DNA of 64,000 nucleotides, taken from Squalus acanthias (taxonomy: Eukaryota). The position numbers and the translations under genes are program-made. The stretch spans positions 88,166,001 through 88,230,000 of the forward strand of contig CM059432.1 of assembly GCA_030390025.1 (NCBI GenBank), given 5' to 3'. A model generated the notes under the pieces. That model saw only the letters and a list, made by a program, of their open reading frames with translations, did not search any database and had not been told where the DNA came from. This document shows, in pieces, positions 1-13,055 of the stretch. Position 1 is the first letter of the stretch. Each line of letters begins with the position of its first letter.

Positions 1-521
1 CAAGAGGTTTCTTTGCCCATGTTTGACCTGAAGCCATGAGACTTTATGGGGTCCGGAGTCAATGTTGAGGACTCCCAGGGCCACTCACTCCCAACTGTAT
101 ACCACTGTGTCTCCACCTCTGGTGGGTCTGTCCTGCCGGTGGGACAGGACATACCCAGGGATGGTGATGGAGGAGTCTGGGACATTGACTGAAAGGTATG
201 ATTCTGTGAGTATCTGGCTGTTGCTTGACTAGTCTGTGGGACAGCTCTCCCAATTTTGGCACAATTTCCCAGATGTTAGTGAGGAGGACCTTGCAGGGTC
301 GATTGGGCTGGGTGTGCCACTGTCGTGTCCGGAGCCAGTGCCCAGTTCGTTGCTGGGTGGTCCGTCCGGTTTTCTTATTATTATTTCTTGTAGCGGTTTG
401 TTACAACTGAATGGCTTGCTAGGCCATTTCAGAGGGCAGTTAATAGTCAACAAAATTGCTGTGGGTCTGGACTCACATGTAGGCCAGACCAGGTAACGAC
501 GGCAGATTTCCTTCCCTAAAG
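1..521 (-). mobile_element. 5' part (5' UTR and start of APE endonuclease) of a non-LTR retrotransposon of the family also seen at 11641-12630 and 20144-21318
   Basis: Minus-strand translation PKLGELSHRLVKQQPD, then frameshifted GYVLSHRQDRPTRGG-type APE N-terminal sequence; 400-521 is homologous to the body of the SINEs at 14878-15197 and 28200-28557. Confidence 0.75.
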
Positions 522-1020
522 TTGGACATCAGAGGTTGGGGAGGTGAGTTGGACATCGAAGATCGGGCGGGGGGGCGCGGAGTCAGTCAATGGAGGTCAG
601 TCGGGGAATTGGACATTGAAGGTCGGTAGGGGAATTGGACATTAGAGGTCGGGGGAAGTTGGACTTTTGAGGTCGGACATTGGGCATTGAACCTTAAGGG
701 TCTGATCGTGGAAGAGAGGTCAGATCAGGAGTGGTTTACAGAGTAGCTTACTGGCCCTGAAGCAGTGCTGGAAAGGCACAGCTGTATTTTACCTGCTACA
801 TCTAACCGTTCTCCTCTCCCTTCAGCTGCTGGGTCTCCCGTGGCCCAGAAAACCTGGCCTCAGGAGTTAAATGTGAAATAGAGGTTAAATTGAGGCAAGC
901 AGCCTCAACAAAATATTTTAATGATGGACCCGCTTCCAGAGAGCATGTTAGCCACCTGCCCCCCAACCCGTCTCCGTTAAAACAGGAAGTGGATGGGTTG
1001 GAGATGGGTTTACCATTTTT
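522..1020. mobile_element. Degraded non-autonomous DNA-transposon (MITE-like) remnant with short GGACATnnGAGGTCGG-type tandem motifs
   Basis: Loose tandem motifs at 522-720; 780-1020 shares motifs with the MITE-like elements at 33921, 44640 and 53236; no termini visible. Confidence 0.35.
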
Positions 1021-1352
1021 AACAGACTTCAGGAGGACATAGACAGACTAGTGAAATGGGCAGACACATGCAGATGAAATTTAATGCAGAGAAGTGTGAA
1101 GTGATTCATTTGGTACGCAGAATGAAGAGAGGCAATATGAACTAAATGGAACAATTTTAAAGGGGGTGCAGGAATAGAGAGAGCTAGGGGTGCACATACA
1201 CAAGTCTTTGAAGGTGGTAAGACAAGTTGAGAAGGCTATTAAAAAGGCATACAGAATCCATGGCATAAAGTACAAAAACAAGGAAGTTATGGTCAGCCTT
1301 TATAAAACACTGGTTAGGGCCCAGCTGGAATATTGTGTCCAATTCTGGGCAC

Positions 1353-1821
1353 AAGAATGTTACAAGGGCTTCAAGGGTTAAATTATGAGAAAAGATTCCA
1401 TATATTAGGCTCGTAATCCCTGAAATATAGAAGATTACAGGGGTGATTTGATTGAGGTTTTCGGATTTTGAAAGGAATTGATAGGGTAGATAGAGAGAAA
1501 CATTTTCTGCTGGTGTGGGTGTCTAGAACAAGGGGACTTAACCTTAATATCAGAGCCAGGCCATTCAGGAGAGAAGTTAGGAAACACTTCTTCACACAAT
1601 GGGTGGTAGAATTAAGGAACTGTCTCCTACAAAAAGCAGTAGACGATAGCTCAATTCATAATTTTAAATCTGAGATCGATAGACTTTTGCTAGCCAAGGG
1701 TATTAAGGGATATGGAGACAAGGTGGATGGAGTTAGGTCGCAGATCAGCCATGATCTCATTGAATGGCAGAACAGGCTCGAAGGGCTGAATGGCCTACTT
1801 CTGTTCCTATGTTCCTATGTT
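1353..1821 (+). mobile_element. CR1 LINE 3' end inserted in the older CR1
   Basis: KGIDRVDREK...RTRG...KHFFTQWVV motif; 3' UTR ends in a GTTCCTAT tandem tail at about 1803-1821. Confidence 0.85.
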
Positions 1822-1900
1822 CACACTTTAGGATGGATGTCGCAGCCTTAGAGAGGGTGCAGAGGAGATTTACTAGAATGGGGTGAAAGACTTAAGTTAC

Positions 1901-2321
1901 TTGTCCCGTTCACCCATCATCCCTGTGCTCGCTGACCTACATTGTGTCCCGATTATGCAATGCCTCAATTTTAAAATTCGCATCCTTGTTTTCAAATCCC
2001 CCATGATCTTGCCCCTCCCTATCTCTGTAATCTACTCCAGCTCTACAACCCTCCAAGATATCTGCCCTCCTCCAATTCTGGCATCTTGAGCATCCCGATT
2101 TTAATCACTCCACAATTGCCGGCCGAGCCTTCAGCTGCCAAGGCCCTAAGCTCTGGAATTCCCTCCCTAAACCTCTCCGCCTCTCTACCTCTCTTTCCTT
2201 CTTTAAGACACTCCTTAAAACCTACCTCTTTGTCAAAATTTGTTTGATAACACTCCAGTGAAGCGCCTAGGGACGTTTTACTACGTTAAAGGTGCTAAAT
2301 AAATACAAGTTGTGTTTGTTG
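1901..2321 (+). mobile_element. L2-clade LINE 3' end
   Basis: PIIPVLADLH...FKI..LVFK and AFS...PKLWNSLP motifs, followed by an L2-type tail ending ATAAATACAAGTTGTGTTTGTTG. Confidence 0.8.
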
Positions 2322-2793
2322 CTCTCCTTACAGCAGAGAAGGTTAAGGGGAGATTTGATAGAGATTTTCAGCACCATGAAGGGTAAATAAGGAGAAACTG
2401 TTTCCAGTGGCGGAAGGGTCAGTAACCAGAGGACACAGAATTAAGGGGGGAGAAGTTCGGTATTGCCCCGTTGGGGGCGCTATTATCGGCCGGGCGCAAA
2501 GTTTAGCGCCCGGCACTAATTATCGCCTCCGACCGCAAAATTGGCCTCTATCGCCCCTGGAGGTGATTTGAGCACTAAATCAAGTGCTACACACCTGTCT
2601 TAAGGTGCTAACGTCGAGGAGCGAGGCGCTACCTCAGAGCGCTACCGAAGCTCAGGTGATGTCAGTTAGCAATGGAACACAGACAGTGTTCTTAAAGGGG
2701 AGGGTCCATCTTGCTGGCCAGCCACACTCTGCTCATTGCAGCCTTGAATCTCGGCCTGGAGAGACCTCTAAAGCAATTGTGCTGGAACCACTA

Positions 2794-4608
2794 ATGGATA
2801 GGCCCAGGGAAAGAGCTCAGCGCTTTAGCGACCAGGCCTTGGTGGCTCTGGTGAGTGGTGATGGGCAGTTTTCTACCCAGAGAGTGGCAGGAGGCCATTG
2901 CCCTGGGAGTATAGAAGAGTCTGGAGGGAGGTGGCTCAGCACGTCTCCTCCAGGAGCCTGGTGCCAAGGACTCACACCCAATGTCGGAAGAAATTCAATG
3001 ACCTCACTTGGGTGGTCAGGATGAGTGGTTGCTTTTCAATACCTCTACATCCCTCCATCTCAACTTCACTCTGTGCCCAGAGGGTTTAAAAACCCCAAAT
3101 GCCCAATACTCATCCAAGACCTATGGCCATCTCATAAAACACACACTCACATTCCACACCTTGCATACATTAAGGGCTATTCAACTATGGAAGGCACATC
3201 AGGCACATGGCTGCATACATTAAGGACTATTCAACTATGGGAGGCACATCAGGCAAACACATAGCTGCACATTCACTCAGACGCAGTACTTTTTCTTGCA
3301 GGCCAAGCTCTCTCATAACAGGCGGGAGCAGCAACACATGGGAGGAGGACCGGCTGACCTACACCCCCTGACTGAGTTGGAGGACAGAGTGCACAGGATC
3401 ATTGCCAGCCAGGTCATAGGTGCCGTGGCTGCTGGAGAGGTCGACCCCCTTGGGGACAGCAATGGTATGTTCATCAGCTTTCTCTCCTTCTCATACCACT
3501 TGCTCCTCACAACACCAGCCTTTTACACTTTCAATCCAATTTACTAAATGTCTCCAGTCCTTGCTCCCTTACGGTCCCCCTGTCCTGATGCTAAAGCCAC
3601 TCTTCTACCGCCCTGCTTTCAGATAGTGAACCACCAGCTGACCAGCCTGTCCCTCAACCTACCAGTGGCAGCGACGCCCCAGGCGAGGAGGGAGAGGAAG
3701 CCGGAGCCTCACCGCCTGCGTCTCCCGAGGGAGCCCATTCCGACACTGGGACCACGCCTTCCCTGGAGGGGAGCAGGGGGGTAGAGTCTGATGAGGGCAA
3801 AGCTCCTGGACCCAGCAGGTTGCAGCAACGCCATGGGGGTAGGGAAGCTCAGCGGCCATCTCCCCGGAGGGCGAGTAGGCAAGCAAGTCCTGCTGCACAG
3901 GATTCAGATGAGGACCGCGCCATAGCGGCCATGAATAGCCAGGCCTTGAGCATGCACACTGAGCTCATGGGTGCAATGGCAAGGATGCCCGAAAGCATGG
4001 ATGGACTAGCTAGGAGTGTGGAGCAGTCCGCTGCAGCACAGGCCGATGCAACGCAGCGGCTTAGTGCTGCAATTCAGTCATTGGCTGCTGCCATCCAGTC
4101 TCAGACTGCTCTCATGCAGTCTCAGATTGATGTCACGCAAGCACTGACTGCTGCCATCCTCGCTGGGTCGCCCATAGTCCCTCGGGGATCTCACAGTACT
4201 GCAGCAAGCCAGCAATCTATGCTCAAGCAGATTGCTCTGGATGCTGAGGTACTGCCCCGTGGGAGTGCCAGTGTGTTGGTCGAGTAGGAAGGTGTTGTCC
4301 TTTCTCAGGATGACAGCATTCCTGCTCCCACCACTGGCACTTCCCCATTGCACTTGCCATGGCCTGCAACACAGCCTGCCCAGACTGCTGCCGCCCATGC
4401 AGAGTTGGTGCAGTCTGCAGCCGGGCCCTCCAGGCCCAGAGCTGGTCGAGGGCGTCCTTCAAGTGCATCTGCAGTCTCTGGATCTGACATTCAGCAGCCT
4501 TCCACCAGCCTTGCAGCAGCCACTGGGGCCCTATTACGGAGGAGCAGTAGGGTGGGAAGGGGGGAAGTGCGCAGGGGATGGAGATCACCCTCGAAGGGCA
4601 AACAGTAG
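2794..4608 (+). pseudogene. Harbinger Myb/SANT-like DNA-binding protein, 3 exons (about 2794-3020, 3302-3464, 3623-4608), disabled
   Basis: MDRPRERAQRFSDQAL...VWREVA...QCRKKFNDL; frameshifting deletion in exon 1; first donor GTGAGT changed to ATGAGT at 3021; TAG at 4285-4287; colinear with copy E. Confidence 0.9.
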
Positions 4609-4919
4609 GAGGTCTAAATAAATGATGGGAATGTTTGTGGTAAAGGTCGAGGTTCATGTGATTACATTTGTTTACTGTTTTGCCATTTATCTCCATCTTG
4701 TAAGAACGAGTTCTGTTAATTCATGACTTGTTGTGTTGGCTTCTAATTGTTTGTCCTGAATAAATGACACACACAGAATTTGTTAAATAAACATTTTTTT
4801 TCTTCAAAATTTACATTTTTGGTCTTTTGAATCATTCCAGCTTTGGCCGGCTATAGGGGGTGTGGGTTGCTTTCCATGATGTTGTTCTCCATGCCAGAAG
4901 CCATCTTCTGAGTAGGGGC

Positions 4920-6092
4920 CAAGAAGCGGCTTCTTATCAGCCATTCACGGACGGCCCTTGCACTGGCAATATTGTGCGCCTCCCTCCCACGTTGGTGCTG
5001 CTGCTTGACATCCTTCTCCTCATCCTCCTCCTCCTCCTCCTCTTCCTCCTCCTCCTCCTCAGGTGGTGCACCAGTCCCTGGTGGCATTGGCTGGGTCCTC
5101 AGGATTGCCAGGTTGTGAAGCATGCAGCACACAACTATGAAGAGGGAGACTCACTCAGGAGAGTACTGCAGGGCTCCTCCTGAGTGGTCCAGACAGCGGA
5201 ACCGTTGCTTGAGCATGCCGATCGTCTGCTCAGTTATGTTCCTGGTGGCGATATGGCTCTCATTGTACCGCAGCTCGGCAGGGGTGTTGGGGTTACGGAG
5301 CGGTGTCATCAGCCAGGTGCAGAGTGGATAACCCTTGTCCCCGAGGAGCCAACCACTTGGGTGATGCGGTGCCTGGAAAAGGTCTGGCACACCAGTCCGG
5401 CGCAGGATGAAAGCATCATGGCTGCTGCCAGGATAGCGGGCATTGACAGCGAGTATGAGCTGTGTGTGGTCACAGACCAACTGCACATTTAAGGAGTGGT
5501 AGCCCTTGCGGTTTCGGAATACCTCTGCATTTTCATGCGGTGCCCGCAATGCCACATGCGTGCAGTCAATGGCGCCCTGCACCATGGGGAAGTCCGCTAT
5601 CCTAGCAAAGCCACATGCGCGTTCATTCTGTTTGCTCCGGGTCATGGGGAAAGAGATGTACTGGCGTCTCTTTTTATACAGGGCATTTGTCACCTCCTGG
5701 ATACAACAATGGACAGCGAACTGGGAGATATTGGCGATGTCCCCAGTAGAGGCTTGAAAGGAGCCGCTGGCATAAAAATTCAGAGCCACTGTCACCTTCA
5801 CTGCCACCGACAGAGACATCCTGGTCCTCAGTTGAGGCTGCAGATCTGGTTGCAGCAGGTGGCAGAGCTCAGTGACCACCTCCTTGCTGAAGCGCAGCCT
5901 GCACAAACACTGCTCCTCAGACAAATGAATGTAGGAGAATTGCTCCCGGAATACCCTGGGAGGGTAAGGTCTCCTGTGCAGAGGCCTGTTGGCCCTCCTC
6001 CCTCTGGCCATGTTTGCCACTCTCTCTCTGCGCCTCTGCTGCCTCCGATTCTGCAGGTGCAGGATGACGCCCCGATTCAGTGCAGCCCCCAA
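4920..6092 (-). pseudogene. Harbinger (HARBI1-like, DDE_Tnp_4) transposase, disabled
   Basis: [34 protein letters not shown] and CCMLHN motifs; relative to copy E the start is TTG, there is a premature TGA at 5151-5153 and the stop codon is lost. Confidence 0.92.
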
Positions 6093-6262
6093 AGTCTCTT
6101 CTAAATCGCTGGAATGAAAGTGAAATCAAAATGAACCTGCAAAGTGCTGCTCAGCACCCAAAACTGCTTCACAAAGCGTTGAATCTCTCCAGACGTCTCT
6201 CCCCCTCGCAGCATGCGTGGTGCAAAGATTTCGCCAACAAGAAAAGGCAGGAAGTGGCCGCC

Positions 6263-6407
6263 TTTAAATAGCGCTCCCCCAGCCCCTTCCCAACTGCAAA
6301 ACGTTCCCCTCTAGCTGTCGTTGCTAGCAGCAGGCGGAAAGGCAGGGGGCGCAACTCAATATCCGGTCCGGGGCGCTACCGGGGCATTGCACGCTCGACT
6401 GACGTCA
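6263..6407 (-). promoter_or_regulatory. Putative transposase promoter: CRE palindrome TGACGTCA (6400-6407) and TATTTAAA (6270-6263)
   Basis: The same two motifs occur at identical spacing in copies D and E. Confidence 0.55.
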
Positions 6408-6846
6408 CGATCTGCCGGCGCAGGAGACGCCACCGCAAAATGTCTAGTCAATTTCACGAGCGGCGCTAAAATCGCCACACTCAAGCGCTAACTTCCTAGC
6501 GCCCCATTAGCCCCCCCCCCCCCTGGAGATGCTAACGGGAGGCGCTAAGCAACCGAATATTTCCCCCAAGGTATTTGGCAAATAACTAGAGGCGACATGA
6601 GGAAAAATATTTCTACGCAGTGAATTGTTATGATCTGGAATGCACTGCCTGAAAGGGTGGTGGAAGCGGATTCACTAATACCTTTCAAAAGGGAATTGGA
6701 TAAATACTTGAAAGGGGAAAAATTGCAGGGCTACGGGGAAAGAGCAGGGTCTAATTGGATAGCTGTTTCAAAGAGCCGGCACAGGCACGATGGGCCGAAT
6801 GGTATCCTTCTGTACTGTATCGTTCTTTGATTCTCTGATTCTATAC

Positions 6847-6953
6847 GGGGGATAGAATTTCCACAGGGGTTCTCCCGATCTTCCGCAGCAACATCGATCT
6901 TCTACCAAAGTTGCAGCGGGAGATTGGGAGAAACTCTGGAGAAAATGTATCCT
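6847..6953. mobile_element. Small palindromic MITE
   Basis: Imperfect inverted repeat GGATAGAATTTCCACAGGGGTTCTCCCGATCTTCCGC / GCGGGAGATTGGGAGAAACTCTGGAGAAAATGTATCC; related to 8331-8507. Confidence 0.55.
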
Positions 6954-7294
6954 GAACAGTTTAAATAAACAACTGCCATTCAGATTCTTGAACCAAGCTT
7001 ATTGTTGCAAGTTTTGTCTAAGACAGGCTGGAGAGGGGGAAAGGTCGAACTTACAGAATGTGTGTGACTAGTTCAGTTTGCACATGACTGCCTTTTTAAA
7101 TCTTGAGAGGTGGGGTATTCAAAATCTAGGAAGCCCCAGTAACTTTTTTCCCAATTTTGTTTAAAGCAGGTGTTTCTTCGAAAATATCAGAGGGGAATTA
7201 GTTTGAAAAGGCCCAATCAGTTTGAAACTCCTGAAAGTGCTAAAACAATTAATTTGAATTTCAGGAAACTGTTATTTAGTCCTTTAGAGTTGCA

Positions 7295-7452
7295 GGGACT
7301 GAAATTCTTTGGCGGTTCCACTGACAATTCACCTTAACTCCAATGGAAGGTGGGCAGGAACCCCTTGGAAAATGGTGGAGACTTAGTTGCATTGCATCTC
7401 TGCCATTTCCTGGAGTTTACTCTTTGCCTCATAAGAGGCAGAATCTCCACCT
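7295..7452. mobile_element. Degraded palindromic MITE, probably the same family as 8331-8507
   Basis: GGGACTGAAATT start; internal GGAAAATGG...CCATTTCC symmetry. Confidence 0.35.
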
Positions 7453-8330
7453 GTCCTTTACAAGGAAAATAATAGCAAGGGGGTGGAGGTAGGGGTGGGG
7501 GCAACCTACACCAGGAATTCCTGCTCCTTTAGCTCAATGGGAACCTGCGATATAAATGACGGAGGACACGTCCAGTGAGCTGAGGTGCACTGGCCTCCAC
7601 ATGGGTTAATGCGGGTCACGCTCCCTGGCCTCGACCCCAAAGAAAGTTCCCAAATATTTATTTAAAAAATAGAGATTGTCCCTGAACAGAAGGTACTCCA
7701 TTATCAGAAGAGGACATGGTCTGGGTTGTCAGGGGGAGTTTGGCAACGCCCCTACCAAAAAGCAGTTGGCGTTTCAAGCCACCCGAGGCAGGTGGGTGGT
7801 GGCGATGAGACCGAAGTGGCACTTGTGCCCAACCGTTGCATGATAATGGAATACCCCACTAATACCTCACAAACTCCAGCAGGGTCAGAGCAAGAGGGCA
7901 CTGATGGACAGGCTGCCCCCGTAACCGCCAGGATATGTGGATTTTAACCCAAGCTCTTGTGGAGTTAGGTTGAAGGATGTCTACTGTAAATATATAACTG
8001 TACATTTCCCATGAGCTTCTCATGGAAAATCAGAGGTGCTGTTTTAGAAAGATAGGAATATTATACGATGTAAAGTGTGGCTTTGTGTCTCTTTAAGGCT
8101 ATAAAGGTTACACAATTCTTTGTCTGGTAGTTATTTTTAAACCATTTTCTTCCAATTCGAATCTCTCCTTATTAAAGTGGTATTCTAGAGGAAGCCGATA
8201 GAGATTTGTCCAATTTACAATCTAAAATATTTAAAGGTTCTTGTAAAATTTATATTTCATTTGTATTTATGAACCAGGACAATCACGAGAGAGAATAATT
8301 TTGAAAATATAATGCTGAAAATAGATTATC

Positions 8331-8507
8331 AGCAGTAATTTTCATGGGGTTTCTCTCCCTCTATTGCTATAACTTCGGTGGAAGATCACCAATAAAACCA
8401 CAGAGAAATGGTGTAAATGGCCATTAACACCGTTTCTCTGGGGTTCCCTCCGATCTTCTGCTGGAGTTACAGTGGGAGGTTGGGGAACACTCGCTGAAGT
8501 TGAACCC
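8331..8507. mobile_element. Small palindromic MITE
   Basis: Fold-back centred on CAGAGAAATGGTGTAAATGGCCATTAACACCGTTTCTCTG, with arms ATAACTTCGGTGGAAGATC / GATCTTCTGCTGGAGTTAC. Confidence 0.6.
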
Positions 8508-9469
8508 CAAGATATTTCCAGGTTACTAAAGGTCTGAAATTCTGCTCATAGCAGCATCGAAGATTTTGCCAACACCAAGTGCCCCAGTATAGAAGTGAAC
8601 TAATTGCACTGAAGTTTTGCTCCTGCTCAATTGAATCATTCTATATACTGTAGCTGCCTGTGCAGCTTTGCCCTTGTGGAGGGAGCCGCTCAATGGGGCA
8701 AGTGGAACTTCTGACAATCCTGCCCAAATGAAAGGAATGTGTACACTTAAGGGTGAATTCCTCATTTGGGGACAAATATTTATGGCAGTTTTATGAAACT
8801 ACAAAATCAATTTCACATATTTCTGTGGCTTGGCTGAGGCTAGGGATAGGGGCGAGAAGGAGAGAAGTGTCAGACCACAATGAAGTGGAAGGAAACTCAA
8901 TGCAATGATTCTGTGGGCAAGTGGACTGAGTGATACAGCAAGGATGACTAAATGGACATGCAGCTCCCTAAGGTGGGTGCAAGAAGTGTTTCCTAGCTTG
9001 GCACTTCAAGGCGCCCTCTCCTGAGGACACTAGGGTCACAATTCCTGGCAGCAGGTGGTAAAGCTGTGTGCGGGATCTAGGATCAGATTGGGAAGAGGAC
9101 AGCGCAGAAAGGAATCTGGAAAAGAAACAGTACCCAACAGTACCATGTATCTTGTAGATGGCACATATATTGCTTGCCACAAAGTGTCGCCCATTCAACC
9201 TGTACTCCTCACCCATGCCAAGCCCCCACGCAACCTTACAGCTGGGTGTTTGCATCTCATGCACAGCCATACCTCAGGAGGGCACACCTTCAAGGTAGAG
9301 TCATAACTTTGCCACACTCATATCTTTCAAAGCCCTAACATCTTAAGTCATTTTAGGACCATCTAGCAGCATGATGCACAGTCACTTGCTGAGACCCAGG
9401 TGGCCTGCAGGTTGTGCACACACCTGTCACTGCACATGCTCCTTCAATTTCTGACTTTTCTGCTGAGAC

Positions 9470-9790
9470 AACCAGAGAAACTCAGAGAACTCTGTGTTCC
9501 TCCAATTCTGGCCACTTGTGCATCCCCAATTTTTTTCACCCCCCATTGGCAGACATGCCTTCAGCCATCTAGGCCTTAAGTTCTGGAATTCCCTCCCTAA
9601 ACCTCTCTGTCTCTCCACCTCTCTCTCCACCATTAAGACGCTCCTTAAAATATACCTCTTTGACCAGGCTTTTGATCATCTGTCCTAATGTCTCCTTCTT
9701 TGTCTGGGTGTCAATTTTTGTCTGATTACGCTCCTGTGAAGCACCTTGGGACATTTTACTATGTTATATAAGTGCCAGTTGTTGTTGTTG
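9470..9790 (+). mobile_element. L2-clade LINE 3' end
   Basis: IGRHAFSHLGLKFWNSLP...LKIYLFDQAF and a GTTGTTGTTG tail; paralogous to 1901-2321. Confidence 0.8.
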
Positions 9791-10711
9791 ATGTCACTTC
9801 AAGGGCTCAATTCAAACCTAGAGAGCAGCCTTATTTGTCAACTCTCCTGTGGTGTGCACAAGAAAGTCCGGTGGGATCTGTGAGCCACTCTAGCAGGAGA
9901 ATGGTGGGTCTGTGGTGTCCATCTCAGGTACAGGCAGGCATTCCTGTGGTGAATCCTTGGGAAATATTCCCTAATCTCCAGCTACCACAGGGGAAAAGGA
10001 ATTCAAACAGCCTGCCCATCCAACCAGCAGAAGCTGTTGCACTCAACAGTGAAACACACCTAATTTGTAGGTGGTATCAGGGTCTAAATAAAAATATAAC
10101 AGTATCTGGAACTGGAAAAGATTTTTAAAAAGCCGTCAAATTTATTCTAACAGAGGACAGCCGCAGAGTAAAAAAAAACAAAATTAATTTCTTACCAATC
10201 TGAGGGCGATACAGCTTTAAGAGGCAGTTCCTCGTGGCTCTGCACTGACAGTCCTGCCCTCGAATCCACCTTGAGATTTCTAGTTCAAGTTCAGGACATT
10301 GATTTTGAGCTGAAAAATTATGAAGCAAACACATATGCATGGAAGATGGTAAAGATGCACAATTGGTCTGAATTTCAACAGCGCAACAAAAAAAATTGTA
10401 AAGCTATATAACGAGAAGGAACAGCAAAGAACAGAAAAATAGGCACGGAAAAGAATTACAGTACACTTCAAAATGCTGGAAAATGTACCTAAAAATAACA
10501 ACAAATACAATTACCTGAGGAAGAATACCCCCCAGATCCCTCTAGAAAATAAAATTTACACGATCAGAACTCATTGTTCCCATCAAAAATGTATAAATCC
10601 ACCACTTTCGTGTACCTTAGTTCCCTCCCCTCTATAATAGAATTGATGGAATATTGGGCATATCTGCTTCTTAAGTCATGGCAAATTCATGTCCCATTGC
10701 ACTTTCCTTGC

Positions 10712-11640
10712 CTTTGTACACTATGCCTCTATTTATAAAGCCCAGGATCTCATATGCTTTTTTAACCGCTTTCTCAACCTGCCCTGCCGCCTTCAACGAG
10801 TTATGCACATATACCCCCACGTTTCTCTGTTCCTGCACCCACTTTAGAATTGTATCCTTTAGTTTATATTGCCTCTCCTCGTTCTTCCTACCAAAATGTA
10901 TTACTTCACACTTTGCTGCGTTAAACTTCATTTGCCACATGTCCGCCCATTCCATCAGCCTGTCTATGCCATCTTGAAGTTTATCACTATCCTCCTCACT
11001 GTTCACTGTACTTCCAAGATTTGTGTCATCCGCAAATTTTGAAATTGTGCACTGTACGCCTAAGTCCAAATCATTAATATATATCAAGAAAAGTAGTGGT
11101 ACTAGTACCGACCCCTGGGGAACACCACTGTATACCTTCCTCCAATCCGAAAAACAACCGTTAACCACTACTCTCTGTTTTCTGTGACTTAGCCAATTTC
11201 ATATCCATGCTCCCACTGTCCTCTTTATTCCATGGGCTTCAACTTTGCTGGCAAGTCTATTATGTGGCACTTTATCAACTGCCTTTTGGAAGTTCATGTA
11301 TACCATATCAACCGCATTGCCCTCATCAACACTCTCTGTTACCTCATCAAAAAATTCAATCAAATTAGTTAAACACAATTTGCCTTTAACAAATCTGTGC
11401 TGGCTTCCCTTAATTAATCAACACTTGTCCAAGTGACTGTTAACTTTGTCCCAGAGTATCATTTCTAAAAGCTTTCCCACTACCGAGGTTAAACTGACTG
11501 GCCTGTAGTTGCTAGGTTTATCCTTACACCCTTTTTTGAACAAGGGTATAACATTTGCAATTTTCCAGTCCTCTGGCACCACCCCCGTATGCAAGGAGGA
11601 TTGGAAGATTATGGCCAGTACCTCCGCAATTTTCACCTTT
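10712..11640 (-). mobile_element. CR1 LINE RT fragment
   Basis: VPEDWKIANV..LFKKG..PSNYRPVSLTS, SGVPQGSVL, KFADDT, QMKFNAAKCEVIHFG. Confidence 0.9.
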
Positions 11641-12630
11641 ACTTGCGCCTGCTGCCCTTGTCCTTCTAGGTGGAAGAGGTCGTGGGTTTGGGAGGTGCTG
11701 TCGAAGAAGCCTTGGCGAGTTGCTGCAGTGCATCTTGTAGATGGTACACACTGCAGCCACAGTACGCTGGCGGTGGAGGGAGTGAATGTTTAAGGTGGTG
11801 GATGGGGTGCCAATCAAGCGGGCTGCTTTGTCCTGGATGGTGTCGAGCTTCTTGAGTGTTGTTGGAGCTGCACTCATCCAGGCAAGTGGAGAGTATTCCA
11901 TCACACTCCTTACTTGTGCCTTGTAGATGGTGGAAAGGCTTTGGGAGTCAGGAGGTGAGACACTCGCTGCAGAATACTTAGCCTCTGACCTGTTCTTGTT
12001 GCCACAGTATTTATGTGGCTGGTCCAGTTAAGTTTTTGGTCAATGGTGACCCCCCAGGATGTTGATGGTGGGGGATTCGGCGATGGTAATGCCGTTGAAT
12101 GTCAAGGGGCGGTGGTTAGACTCTCGCTTGTTGGAGATAGTCATTGCCTGGCACTTGTGTGTCACAAATGTTACCTGCCACTTACCAGCCCAAGCCTGAA
12201 CGTTGTCCAGGACTTGTTGCATGTGGGCATGGACTGCTTCATTATCTGAGGAGTTGTGAATGGCACAACTGCAGTCATCAGCGAACATCCCCATTTCTGA
12301 CCTTATATTGGAGGGAAGGTCATTGATGAAGCAGCTGAAGATGGTTGGGCCTAGGACACTGCCCTGAGGAACTCCTGCAGCGATGTCCTGGGGCTGTGAT
12401 GATTGACCTCCAACCACCACAACCATCTTCCTTTGTGCTAGGTATGACTACAGCCAGTGGAGAGTTTTCCCCCTAAATCCCATTGACTTCAGTTTTACTA
12501 GGGCTCCTTGATGCCACACTCGGTCAAATGCTGCCTTGATGTCAAGGGCAGTCACCCTCACCTCACCTCTGGAATTCAGCTCCTTTGTCCATGTTTGGAC
12601 CAAGGCTGTAATGAGGTTGGGAGCTGAGTG
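11641..12630 (-). mobile_element. Non-LTR retrotransposon RT fragment (ALDIKAAFDRVWH family) lying between CR1 pieces
   Basis: ALDIKAAFDRVWHQG, GVPQGSVLGPTIFSCFINDL, MFADDC, MEYSPLAWMSAA. Confidence 0.85.
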
Positions 12631-13055
12631 GTCTTGCCCTTTTTTGAGCCAGGTCTCTGTTATCGCCACAACATCATATTCCCATGTGGCTATTTGCGCC
12701 TGCAGCTCAGCAACCTTATTTACCACGCTTTGTGCGTTTACATACAGGCATTGTAAACCTATCTTAGACCTTCTTGTATTTTATCTTAGTCTGACCCCAT
12801 CTAATACCATACTATCTCTTACTCTAGTGCTATCTGTGTCTCCCACTCTTTTGTGCACCTTGTTTCTCCTTTCTAATGCTACATCCTGGTGCCCATCCCC
12901 CTGCCAAATTAGCTTAAACTCTCCCCAACAACACTAGCAAACCTCCCCTCCCCCACGCGAGGATATTGGTCCCAGCTCTGTTGAGGTGCAACCTGCCCAG
13001 CCTGTACATGTCCCACCTACCCCAGAACCGGTCCCAATGTCCCAGGAATCTAAAG
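12631..13055 (-). mobile_element. CR1 fragment: end of ORF1 esterase and start of ORF2 endonuclease
   Basis: NKVAELQAQIATWEYDVVAITETWL; 12910-13055 resembles the ORF1 3' end at 43592-43730. Confidence 0.75.

Larger units (their letters stand above)
2446..6567. mobile_element. PIF/Harbinger transposon copy A, full length (about 4.1 kb), both genes disabled
   Basis: TIRs GGGGGAGAAGTTCGG and CCGAATATTTCCCCC; TSD AAG at 2443-2445 and 6568-6570; excision restores CR1 sequence; convergent Myb/SANT and DDE transposase genes. Confidence 0.95.
1021..6845 (+). mobile_element. CR1 LINE 3' fragment split into four pieces (1021-1352, 1822-1900, 2322-2445, 6568-6845) by three nested insertions
   Basis: RT C-terminal motifs (KTLVRAQLEYCVQFWA, LERVQRRFTRM, IWNALPERVVEA) join up across the insertions; ends in a TGATTCT microsatellite tail. 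Confidence 0.85.
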
